Source: Eutreptiella sp. 'Long Island Sound 2002'
Lineage: Eukaryota; Protista; Euglenida
NCBI GenBank assembly: GCA_964036045.1
Contig: OZ038378.1
Coordinates: 181,412,001-181,476,000 of the forward strand
Length of the DNA stretch: 64,000 nucleotides
Reading direction: 5' to 3'
Below the pieces are notes generated by a model that was not told the DNA's origin, ran no database searches, and was given only the letters and a program-made list of their open reading frames with translations. The first letter of the stretch is position 1. Each line of letters opens with the position of its first letter. Both the position numbers and the translations under genes were made by a program. Positions 36,301 to 48,800 of this stretch are shown here, in pieces.

Positions 36301-39300
36301 GGCACTGCAGCAGCAACGTGGCGGGACATCTACATGACACACTACCGCCCAATAGCGGTCATGCGTCGGGCGCTGCATGTGAAAAGGGAGTGCGCCAGTC
36401 GCCATGGGTATCTACATGACACACGAGGGTCGGAGTGGGACCGTGGTTGGGTGGGAAGGAAATTCCACACCGGGCGGGGGGGGGAGTGCGCGACACACAG
36501 GGGCCCGCAGCTGCAAACACATGAACCTTCGGAGGCACCTCCTCCAGCGACGCGGCGGTGGATGTCCTCTTCGATGCGGCCGGGCTGGGGAGCATCCCCA
36601 GCGCTTGTCCAGCTTCCTCTTTGGCGTTTGCCCTGTCAGAGAGGCCAATGCCTGTGCGCCCACTGCAAATATCAGCACTCAGGTATCACGGTATGTGTGG
36701 GCGTGTGTATGTGTGTGTGTGTGCGCGCGCGCGCGTGTGTGTGTGCATTTGTGTGCGCCCCTGTACATATTTGTGTGCACGTGCGTGTGTGTGTGTGCGC
36801 GCGCGCGTGTCCGGGCATGCATGTGCATGTGTGTGTGCGCGTATGTATGCGTGCATGTGCCACAGGGAAGGTGGATGGGGCTTGGGACCTGATGCTGAAC
36901 CTTCGGTCTAAGTGCAGCCCTATTTTTTATGGCCCCCCTCCGGACCGGAGACGTCACCGCCGGCGTGCTCAGCGGCGATCAGTCCAGGGTGGCTCTTGTG
37001 TGACGTGCATGCGAGGGAGCCGGCAGCGAGCAGGGCGTACAAGTTCCTCGATGACGCAGACGCCATCTGTTTGGACGTTCAGCGCCTCTGCCGTAGCCCG
37101 GACCTCGTGGGCGGTGGGAGGTTAGCCGCGGGTGAAATCGCATTTTGGCCGTCAGGGATTGGTGGTCTTCGCCGGCGGTCCCGAACTTCCCATAACAACA
37201 AGAAAAAGATAAGGCTGTGCATTGAGGAACGCCCTGCTCCACACAGTCCTTCCACATGTGCCGGATACTACGATCCAAGTTCAGATGGGCGCATTGCCTC
37301 TCGCAGACCTATGCGCGCGTGCGCGTGTATCTCCCTCCCCCCGCTATCTCCCTCCACCTCCACCCGCCGCTTGAGAGCGAAAGTGACCGGGACCAACACC
37401 GAATGTGATAGACGGAGAGGGAGAGAGGGAGAGAGAGGGAACGAAAGAGAGGAAGAGAAAGTGTGTTTGCAAGCGCGCACGCACGCACGCACGCAGGCAC
37501 GCACCGGGGAGAGCCCAGGGAAAGCCAGTGCCAAAAAAACAGACGGAAGGTATAGGGTGCAATACTACACACTCCATTTGCCCTGTGGCAGCCTGGCTAG
37601 TAACCCCCACACCTCTTGGCCACTCTCGGTGACGTCCGCAGGGTCACAGTCGGCACTTTTTGAGATTCCGCACCGTCGGCTGTCGATGGGGCAGTGGGCG
37701 CCTGCGACGAGTGGGGAGGCTCGGGAATGAAGTGGAAAGCCCGGCACGGCAACGGCGCAAGCGTCAGGATTCGCAGAGCCGAAGCGGTGAGAGGGTCGCA
37801 GCACGGGCAGGATACGGAGGCAGCCTCCGCAGTGGGTTCCGGAAGAAAGAAGGAGCCCGGCCTGAGGGCCAGGGAAGGGGGATTGCTCCGAAATCGGATA
37901 CCACGCTCGACGTGAATTGCGAAGGCCCGGAGGGGGGGGGGGGGGGGGTGCGCCGGGGGGTCGCCGGCTCCGTGGGTGACGCATGGTCTCCCACCCCCTT
38001 TACCTCCAGACAGTGGACTCAGGGCGGATGACGTGTCGCCACGCCACTGCCCGTGGCCTGCAGCCCATGGGGCGCTCTGAGCCTAGCGCCCGGGACTCGC
38101 TGCGCACCCCGCCCCCACGTCACATACCCGGGGGTGTCTAAGAGTATTGTGCGGAGGTTTGGGTCTTTTGGGGTGTTTCAGGACGCAAATCCTGTTTTTT
38201 GTTTCACTGATATGAAGGGGGGGTGGGGGTCCGGGTATAGAGAGGGGGGGGGGGGGGTCCAAGTGTAAAGGGGAGTGAAGTGGAGGGGTGTCACGTGGTG
38301 CAAATCCTCAGTTGGAAAGAGGACAGGCAACCACATCAAACAGCGACCAAAAAGAAGGAGGGCCAACCTGCCCCTGGGCGGCGTTCGCAGGCCGTATGAA
38401 CGGCGATGGAGGAACGGCACGGTGGCATAGTGAAGGGCAACAAATACCGGGAACATCAGTCTGCAACACCCACCCCCCCCGCCCAGCCCGGCAGGAGCCG
38501 CGAGAAAGCCCTGGAGGACGACCGAGGCCCTCGCGGTCGTGCAACACCGCGTGCCCGGGGGGCAGGATGCCAGTCGCACCGTGCGCACCCCGTCCCACTC
38601 TGCAATACACGGGCACCAGGACCTCCCTGTAGAAGAAAAATGTCAGCCGCCGACCCAGGGGGCAAGACATGGCCCGGGTTGCGCAAAAGTTTTCAAGGGG
38701 GGAATTTCAGCACCAATCTGAAAAACGAAATGTCCCCCGCCGAAGTCACCCCCGTATCTCATCAGTCCGTCGGCCTCCTGACCACTCTTGACCCCCTGTG
38801 TGACATTCTGACGGGTTGCTGTGGACATTCACCCGTTCTTCCCTTCACATGCTGCGTCGGATCGCTGCGTTTTGTCGGCTGCTGCGGCCTGTGTTCCTGC
38901 TGATGTCGTTTCCACGTTCGCCCAGTCGTTGCTGTACCGGGGCTGTGCTGGTTGCGGAGGGTGCCGTTTTTGCGTTAGCGGTGCCCAGTAGTTGGTGTAC
39001 CGGGGTTGTGCTGGTTGCTGCGGGGGTCGTTTGACTGTTTTCGCTGCCCACACACCTCCGCTCTGCGGTTGTCCTTCACCTGCCTTCCCACGTTTCCGTG
39101 TGCGTGAGGCCCAGGTGCCCCACTCCTCCCCGCGCCTTTCCGGCCGTCCACCCCCTGCGCTCCACCACTCCGTGGGTCGCGCGTGCGCATGACGCGTTCC
39201 TTGATGGCCGCAGGTAGCGTGTGCTTCGCGGGTGGCGTGCGCTCCGTTAAGGTTGACGCGGGTGGCGTGGGCGCCTGCGTGGTGTCCCGGGTGATTTACG

Positions 39301-42300
39301 CTGCACGGTGGCCGTGCCATCGTCCTTGGTTCTGCCCACCCCGGTTTTGTCGGGGGTTCCTTCCCTTGCCTGGACCACCACTCCTTTCCACAGTGCACCG
39401 CAGGGGCCCCAGTGGTGGCCCACTGGGTGCTGGATCCCCTGGGCACGGGCACGCACTTATGCTGCGCTGCAGAGGCCCCAGGGTTCGCCCTCTGGGTGCC
39501 CGATCCCCTGCGCGCACTGGCAGTACCACTGGACGCCTCAGGGACCCCAGTGGATCCCCTGGGCGTTGGCGACCCCCCCTGTGGGGTCACTCAGTCTCGG
39601 TGGCATCGGGACATCCTTTTGTGTACAGTGGCGGTGCAGGGGCACACTGGGTTGGGTGGGGGGGGGCACTGGGTTGGGGGGGGGGGGCACTGGGTTGGGG
39701 GGGGGGCACTGGGTTGGGGGGGGGGGCACTGGGTTGGGGGGGGGGGGACCTGGGCGCCCCTGGGGGGGTTGCTGATGTTGGTGTTCTGCGGTTTGGGGTG
39801 CCCTTGTTGTCCCCTTCCCCCTCACGGCTGGTCTGCCCCTGATGGGCTCCTCCTCATGTTGCGCAAACAGCCCATCTGGGCTGCGGGAGACACCCCCCAC
39901 CTGATGCCGGTTGAGCAGGTGCCCTGGCACCCGGTAGCGACGGGACTGGCCAGGCCCTCCCCTGTGTTGTTGCTGCCTCCCATGCGCACGCTCCCTCCTC
40001 CTCCGCTTCCTGGTGCCCGGTTCCCGCTGTCCTTGCTGCCTCCCCTGCCTTGCTGCCCCTCTCTTCCCTGTCCACTGCACTCTCCCCTGTCCCTCCGGGT
40101 GTGGCTCCCGTGCCCTGTTTGGCTGTGTTGCCCCTCCCCCTTTCCGTCGGCGTTCCCGGGTGGTGCCTGTGCGCTCCTACTCCTGCCCCATCCGTCCGTC
40201 CCCCCGCACAAGGATTTCGCGTCTGCGCACGGCGTTTACTGTCCCGCACGCGGTGGGCTAGTCACGGCCCTGCTGCCACCCCCGTGGCGGGCAGCCCCCT
40301 GCGCGCGCGGTGCAGCCCCCGACCTTGCGGAGTTCGCGGGCACGTCATGGGGTGAGGGGGGGGCCTGGTTGCCGATGGCACGTTCGGCATCCGCCGCGTT
40401 TGGCGGTTGCTGTCGTGACCCCCCAGCCCTGGGCCCGCTGCCCCTGCACCGAGCACATATATTAAAAGAGAGGGGGGGGGGGGGGGTCTGGAACCCAAAC
40501 GTTTGTGTACTAAAAACAGCCCAAATCAAGGTTTCCTTTGGTCGCTATTTTGTCGCTATGAAATCTGGGTCCAAAGGGGGGGACACCCCCTCTATCCCAT
40601 GGTTGTCAGCCGTTCGAATACATCCCTGCCCCTGCACTCCCCCCCCCCACGCATCACTCGGCAGGGTCTCAAGAGGGTTCGCAGGCGTGGGACTGGTCAA
40701 CACTGACATACAGGGGCCGGTGCTTGTGGCTGCACTACTGCCGGCTCAGGCTCCGCGGCGCCGCTGGGCTCTGGAACTGGTGCCTGCAAATCACCCCAGA
40801 GGCAGCGTCTCTCTGCTTCCCTTGCGTAGATTTTCCCTGCGAGTGGGAGGCAAATGGGGACGGACGGAGGGAAGGGGACGGAGGGAGGGAGGGAGGGAGG
40901 GAGGCAGTGGAGTTGACGTTGGAGTAGCGCACGTTGCGGTGCGCAAACCGCCTGCCCAGGGGCCGTTTGCATGGCTCCGCTGTGTGGGCGTTGTACCCGG
41001 GGCCACTCATAAAATGATGGTCCACCCAAAAACACGGCACCACGAAACATTAACAACACTTTGACATGTGATACTCGAATATTTTTTGTGTTCGGGCATC
41101 CACGTGACTATAAACACCCCCGAAGAGGAGCAGAATCACGGCAAAGCCATGGATGATGGCCCAACAAGTTCACTTCCCAAGGAGGTTGCACCGACTATCA
41201 GAGCACGTCGTCGTCAGCCACGGCCACATGCAGAGCCTGAGTCTGGTGCCGCCTTTACACGGATAAACTACCCGGTGTGGCTTGGGGAAGCAATTGCCTG
41301 GGGGGGGGGGGGGGAGCGGCGGGGGCTCGCGCCTCCAGGGGGGTGTTGGGGGGGATGGGATGGGATGGGAGTGTGTCCAACACCTGCCAGACACGTCGCC
41401 AGGCCGACCCTATGTGTCAGCGGCTTGTGCCACAGGCTGCCGCGCGCTGGACTCGGAGCCACGCAAACCACCACTGACCCAGTCCGAGACCGGCGGGTGA
41501 AGTTTCCATACCCACACTCCTTGGGGACCCTGGTCGGCGTCACGTCCGGGGCTTCCGGCCCACACTCACGGACGTGGGTGTGGGGGGGGGGGACACAATG
41601 GCCCCAGAGATGTGCATGCGGAGGATGTGGTGTGCAACATGCGAAGTGGGAGGGGAACCAAGGGTCACAGCGCGGCATGGGACGCAGAAGCAGGTGCGCA
41701 CACGCAGAGCGCTGGTGCGAGTCAGCAGCGGGCACCCCCCGTCTGCAGGTTCAGGAGCACCAGGGTACGTGGTACCGGGCATGCTTCCGGGGCCGAGGTG
41801 ACCACTCCAAAAAGACAACACCGGCGGTTATATCCGGCAGGAGGTTTTCCTGGACTACAACTCAGTGCAGTGTCGGATGCGCAGCTGATGACCCATTGGC
41901 CCGCACCACTAATGCAGACCCGGGGGGGGGGGGGGGGCTGGCCAGCCGAGGCCGACCCACTCACCCACATCAGAAACATTTTCGTCAGAAGGAAAATGAA
42001 ATTTTAATAAAGAGGCTCGCAATTGGAGGCCGTTTTTTAGCATCTGGTCTTAGTGGCAGACCCCCGGGGGGGACGGTGGGGGGGCGGTCTGCCACTAAGC
42101 GATGGCCTTCGCCCCCCGCAAATGAACCTTTCCACTCCAAAACTCCGAAGCCTTTCCCTCTGCTCCTCGCAAACCTCATTTCATGACCTCCCCCATGGCA
42201 CCTTCCACATCGCGGACCGCCTCACTCGTTTGCGGCAGCAACGTGCCGCCCGCCCTGGGCACTGAGTAGACTTGAACGCACACCTTTGTGATATGTTTGC

Positions 42301-42823
42301 TCAAATGGCAGCAGATATGACTTGTAAATCTGTTCCCAATGCCTGGCAATGTCCTTGAGCTGCTGCCACGGGGGCTGAGCAACCGCCATCGGAAACCACC
42401 TGCGGGGCACGGGCGCATGCGGTGTGTGCTGAGTGCGCTGTGCCGCGTGGTCGGGCTTGGAATGTGTCACCAACTTCAAGATCAATCGGCCTCGACAGGT
42501 TTCCAATACCCTTCCCTCTATCCCCAATGAGAGACCACGCCTCTTCCGACAGTCGATGGACCGGAGCGCTGCGTATGCCGAAGGTCGCAACCGCAGGTAA
42601 CCCAAGCTTGTGACTGGGCGTAAGTGAACACCAATTAGAAAGATCCATTACTATCGCCATTATCAGTAATGGTATTAGCAGCAGCAGCAACAGCAGCAGT
42701 ACCCCCATCAGCAGCGTCACCACCGCCACCACCACCACCACCACCACCACCACCACCACCACCACCATCTTCTTCGTGTTCAACGACAACAACAACAACA
42801 GACAATGACAACAACAACAACAA

Positions 42824-42854
<31 letters not shown>

Positions 42855-45800
42855 AACAACAACACCAACAACGTCGCTGCGTCTCGCTGCTGAGGTGCTG
42901 TTGTGCTGTTGTTGTCGTGCTGCTATTGTTACTATTTGCACATTATCACTCTGTCAGTCACATCACCCGTGGCAATGACGTGCTACTTGTGAGTGCAATG
43001 TTTCGAATGTGCAATCACGACGCCCATTATGGTGTGGTGCACGATAATATTATGAGTATTACCCTCATCACCACTGCAGGGTCCGCAACAGCCTACAATC
43101 GTCTACAGGGATCTACAGGGGTCTATACTGGTCAGGGAGGGTCTCAATGATAAAGCAGCATTTTTGGGGCAGGGGTTAGAAGGATGGACTTGGGCGCAAC
43201 AACTGCACGCTTTCTTGACACACAGTGGCACATCCAAGCCCCGGGCGAACTCCCCATACCTGCTGGAGGACACAGTTTCCAAGCCCCCAAGCTGCACCAC
43301 CATGTTGTACAGCCCCCAAAGGTTCACGGCCACAGAGTCGGCCATGACAGGCAGCTGGACGTCAATGTTGTGATGCCCCCAGCAGACCTTCAGCTGGGCG
43401 TAGAAATCAGCTTCTGCAAAGGATTGAAAGCCAACAACCGATGCCGCCCAAGGATCCCAGGAGGATCATCCTTGAATACAGCAGCAAAATGCATACGCCT
43501 CGTGAATACCTCCTGTGTGTCTGGTGTAGGTCTTGTGGACACCACCTTCATGCCTCATGTGCACCTCCTCTTTGCGTCCTGCATGCCTCCTGCATGCCTC
43601 CTGCACGCCTGCTGTGCAGGGGAAACAGAAATGCTCGTCACCACGGCTGTTGACGGATTGACAGAGTGGTCAAGAAAATTTTTGATTTATTCCATTTTCA
43701 CCGTTTCTGGCTTGTTTTGTGTTTTTTGGCTCCAAAGATGATGCCAAACGCTCATTTTATGCTTTGAGGTAACATGGGGGGGGGGGGGGGGGGGCTAGGC
43801 TTCACATTAACACTGTTTGATTGGCAGGAAACTGTCTTAATTCGAGGCGTAGCACTACTGCTGCCCCTGCCCCTGCCTCCACGGCGGTTCCTGCGCTCAC
43901 TCAGCTTGCCCCTGTCCATGCCCCTGAGCCACTGTGCCTGCCCCACTGCACTAGCCCCTGCCCTGTCCCCTGTCCCCAAGCTCTTCCCCTACCCCTTTCC
44001 CGCCCCCCTGCCCCTGCATGTGCCTGTGCCCGCATGACCAATAATAGCTGCCACTCACCAGTGCTGTCGCTGTTTCGCCGTCCAGGGTTGCCTACCTGCC
44101 GCACAGGGCTGCGCGTGATGAGCTACCATTGCCATTCATAGCTGGACACGAGGCATATAGAGGCATACAGGAGGCACACAAGAGGCACGCAGGAGGATGC
44201 AGGAGCAGTGAAAGCCTACTCACCGGACACACTACTCGTCGATTGGAAAAACTCACCGTTTCCCATTCAGTTTGCCTCGTTTTGGGGGTGTTTTCTCTTT
44301 TTTGTGTGTGTGTTTTCTTTAATGTAATCGTGCAGTACATTCTTCGTATTTTTCTTTTGCAAATGCCACGTTTTTACGAAATTTGTATGCTTTCCTGCAA
44401 TTTGTTTTGTGCACGTCATCGATCTGAAGAAGTCCGGCATGTCTGCCCCCCCCCCTCGGTGCAGGGTTTCGATCCATCAGGTTAATGAACTGCTTGCTGC
44501 AGTGACCCCATGCATCCGCCTTTTCCTTTCTTCGCCCATGCGGGGGAGGGGGGGCGTACAGAATGGAGAGGCAAAAGCCATGAATACCTGACATGCAGAC
44601 CGCAATGCCTGGGTTCCATTCATTCATTGCACATGTCCATGGGGTTGTCACTGAGCACCCTCTCTCTACTGACGCCCACTGCAAGCAGCGGGTGCATTGC
44701 ACCCACTGCACCCCAGGGCCAGCGGGGATGTGGTCGTCAAGGGAATCCACCGGGGAAGAGGTGGAGGGTGTATGCGAATTGGGCGGAGCTGAGGTTCCTG
44801 CGAGCGCGTGCAGAGCGGCCTGGGCATAGTCTGATGGTCGACGCCACAGGAAGTTGAAAGCAGAGCAGCACAACACAACACAACGCAACGCAACGCAACA
44901 CAACGCAACGCAACACAACACAACACAACACAACACAACACAACACAACACAACACAACACAACACAACACAACACAACACAGCGGTTGCCGTTCCACCA
45001 GCGGTACGTGAGAGTCAACGGACGCCCTTTGGCGGCTGGCTGCCATTTCTAGTCCAGAAGCGAGTGCAGCAAAGCGGAGGGGGGCTCATTACATCCAACG
45101 CAACACTTCCGCAAGCTTCCAACAATATAACCGCATTGCTTGCAAGAACTGTCAGGCCAGACATGTGCGGCCAGCAGATAAACATGTGAAACCTGCGGGA
45201 GACTGACCTTGTAAAAAGAAAAACAGCGGCTACCGAAAGTTTCAGGAACCGGTTGACCCGGAGAGCGCAACTTCGGCACGTTAGAGGATGGACGTGGGAA
45301 GGAGGGCGAGAGACAGGAGAGCAGAGGTGTGTGGGGCGGGGGGGGGGGGCGTCAGAGGCACAGAGCGGACATGGGCGGGGGAAGAGGAGGGAGGGGGGGA
45401 GTAGATAGTACAGGCGCCCCCCCCCCCAATTTGCCAATTTGTGGGTTAGTCAAACCGAAGCTGACTCATGCAGGCGCCGATGCTGCTTCCGCCTGCCGAC
45501 CGATGGGCAACACCATTGAATTGCACTTCGTAATTGGCACCATTACCCCAACATCCCGCACTGCAGTCTCTCCCCACCCCTCACCTTGGAGGGTGCCCTC
45601 CGCCCGCCCCCGCCTTCCCCTCCCCCTCCCCTTCCTGCACCCTAATCCAACAGACCTCCGTCGGTGGGCGGCTGCGGTAGGGAAGCCTGCACACAAGGCT
45701 CAGGGGGCAGGGCCGCTGCGGACACGTCGTCCACCCGTCCAGGCGGGCGTGCAGGAATCCTCCATAACTGCATCTTGTCTGCAAAAAGGAACAGCAGTGG

Positions 45801-48800
45801 CAAACGCCGAACTCATCATAAACAAGAGGGCGCTCCCCAAATACAAATAAAAGAAGAGGAAAGTGGGTGACCATACAATCCGTCATATTCGGGCGGTCAC
45901 CGACGGCGGGTCATGTGGCACGCAGCACCATTTTCATGTCGACATACATTATGCAACGGCCCGCACCACGCGTCCGAGTGGCCGTGGGAGGCGCCGATTC
46001 CAATGGAAAGGCAAACACACGCCCGTACCCATGTCAACTCACACACATATTCGTTTGACACGATCATTGTGTCGTTCAAACCCAAAACACACACCAAAAT
46101 CATGTACACAAGAGACCAAACCACCAGGACATTGCTCTTCACTCGGAACTACACGGATACCACTGGCAGTTGGCCAGCTGCCCCCCCCCCCCCCCCCCCC
46201 ACACACACGATCGACGCGAGACGAACAGGCAATACGAAACACAGCACTGCGTGCCAAACGAATCTCGTACGCAAAGGAAAGCACATCTCACGAAAGCCTT
46301 CATGCTGCATGGGTCTGCGCCACACCACGAGAAAGCACCCCGTTGTGCACGGAGCATATGGTCCGGCGAGGTGCTTTTCTGAGGTACAGCAGGCGCACGG
46401 TGAATATATGCTCACAAGGCGAGGGGCAGTCTACTGGAAGGGGCCACCCCCGAGGTCAAGAAGACGTTGTGCAGTACAGGGACCGTCCGTCAGCTCAGAA
46501 AACAGGCCGCCAGGTGATAGGCTGGTACCAGTATGACCGTGTTCGCCCCACGGTGCTTTCAGTGCCCCAAGACACCGGTTGCTTGCCGTCCCCCAGAAGG
46601 TTGATTCTTAAACCGGGAAACCCCGCATACCACACACGCGAGCGCACACAGGCCTGTTCCTTTCCCACTGGGGGATACTGGAGCCTAGGAAAGTGTGGAG
46701 GTACACTTATGTGAGCAGGAAATATGACTGAAAAAAGTACACAAACTTTCTTAAAAGAAAAAATCGCACGCGGTCCTTTACGATAGGCGTGATTTACTTC
46801 TTCAAATGGTCCTCAGGGCCCTGCTGCAGAGCAATGCCATCCACAGCCAACCGGTGCATTGGCGGCACGGAGCGGTGGGAACTGGTGTGACTGGAGTATA
46901 GAGCGCACCGTGTCCGAAGCCTGTGATTGACAGTGTACAGAGCTTTGGGATGGAAATGCCACAGGGGTAGGCACCAGTGCCGCCAAAGTGCTGCTTGGGT
47001 TTGGATGAGACATTGTACTGCCTCGCAGCATTCGGAAAAACGTCTAAACATCCGGCAAACAAACGCTCAAACTACCGGGCCAGGGGTTGTTCCGCGGAAA
47101 TTTTTCCGCAAATTAGCCCCTGGCAACGTGATTTGCAGGAACTTTGGGTTTGCGTGCACAGACCTGAAAGAAGAGAGTAACACTTGCCACGGAAATGCTC
47201 TTCCTCGAAAAAGAGTATGTACTCAACGTACACCTGAAATGCCGAGACGCTGATGGGAGAAGCGGACGTGCACGTTTGCACAAGGAGCAGTCTGCGGTAG
47301 CAGGAAACTGTCGCAAACACCCTAGCCAACAGTGCAACCGTAAACACATCAGTCATCGGCGGTAGTCTGCAACACACGCCTCCATACATTTTGGACGCCA
47401 TGGACGTGGCACAACGCTTTGACAAATGTGTGCGGCGCCTCATCTTCAACAGCATCGAGAGACACCCCCGTGGGAGGGTAGAATGACAAAAAGCCGGGCG
47501 GTTGCAAAACGGTTGGAGGGCGGTTGGGGACGGATTGGAAGCGGTAGGAGCGGGAAGGGCTCTTAGAGATGAAGGAATAAGGGGCGTACGTCACCCCCTT
47601 CAAGCACAGGCCTGTATTTGGCTCATTGCCCCCCATGTGGTGCCGCGCGCACTGTGATATACAGTCGGTCTCGATGAGGCTGCGCGCGGGGGGGCAGACG
47701 AGGCAGTGCGGTCACCAGGTCTTCCTACGGACTTTTGCTTCCGCTTTCGGCAAGAGACGAGGAGGAAGCGATTTGTTGCAATCGTGCCCATGCACAGACA
47801 GGGACCAGCCTGGTGCTCAGCAAGAGGTCAGGGTCAGAGCTGGTTCCGAACGGCCAACCCCCCCTATTTCTGTTTGGATCGGCGATATCTATGCCACCCT
47901 CTGTCAGCCCCTATGTTTATGCCATTCCCCCGTCCTTATGTCACCCCCCAATATCACTGCAATTCCACTATAATTATGTCAGTCTCCGATTTATATCACA
48001 GCCATACCGATGTCATCCCCCACATTCATGGCGCCCCCCAATTTGTCTCCAAGTGCCCCCAAGAGAAAGAGGCACACAGATCAGTTATGTCACTCCCCTG
48101 TGGGCCAGCAGCACCGAAGCAGTGAAGACATGTGCATCCCCCAGGGATCCGAGCCGAGGAACACCAACTCTTTGGAACCAAAAAACTATGCCAGCTCGCG
48201 TACGTGGCCTTGCGCAACAAAGAAGTAATATCCGACATTGGCTGCATGACGGAGATGCTGAAAGCATGTCCGCGGGCGTCTCAACTAAAAGCACGTCACC
48301 CCGCACGACATCGCGTCTCTGCTTCACATCATCTACGCTCCCACACCTCCTGCACCACGGCCCACCTCCCCCTCCTCGTCCCCTCTGCCCTCCCTATGCC
48401 TTCTTGGCTGTGTCTCCACATTCGGACGCCCCCTCCCCAGGGAGTAGCGCCACACCCGGAACGATGTTGTCACCCGGAGAGATATGAGTAGCGGGTCACA
48501 GGACCAAAGGCAGAATCCGAGTTGGAGTCAGACTTTGAATGAAGGTCCCTGTCAATTGAGCCCCTTTGCCAAACCCCCAGTTTTCGGGGCCTCTCGTGAC
48601 CCCTTCCCCCCAAAGACTGCAGCCCCCACTTCCCAAGGGGAACACACAGCAACACACACCTGCTGGATCCACTCGTGGATATCGCACGACGCCATCCACG
48701 ACTGCCTCTTGCCAAAACTACACAGAACGCCCACCCACTCGTTGGCCCACACGGTGCTCCACCCCCCCAACTGCGTCACGAGGTTATATAAATGCCAGAA

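Noticed and set aside
36046-37730. Long plus-strand ORFs (359 aa and 272 aa)
   Set aside because: They run through dinucleotide microsatellites, lie antisense within the CW-ARID span, and show no recognisable domain.
42301-42893. ORFs with poly-Val/Leu (membrane-like) or poly-Pro/Asn tracts
   Set aside because: Translations of a trinucleotide microsatellite inside the intron that splits ARID 2.
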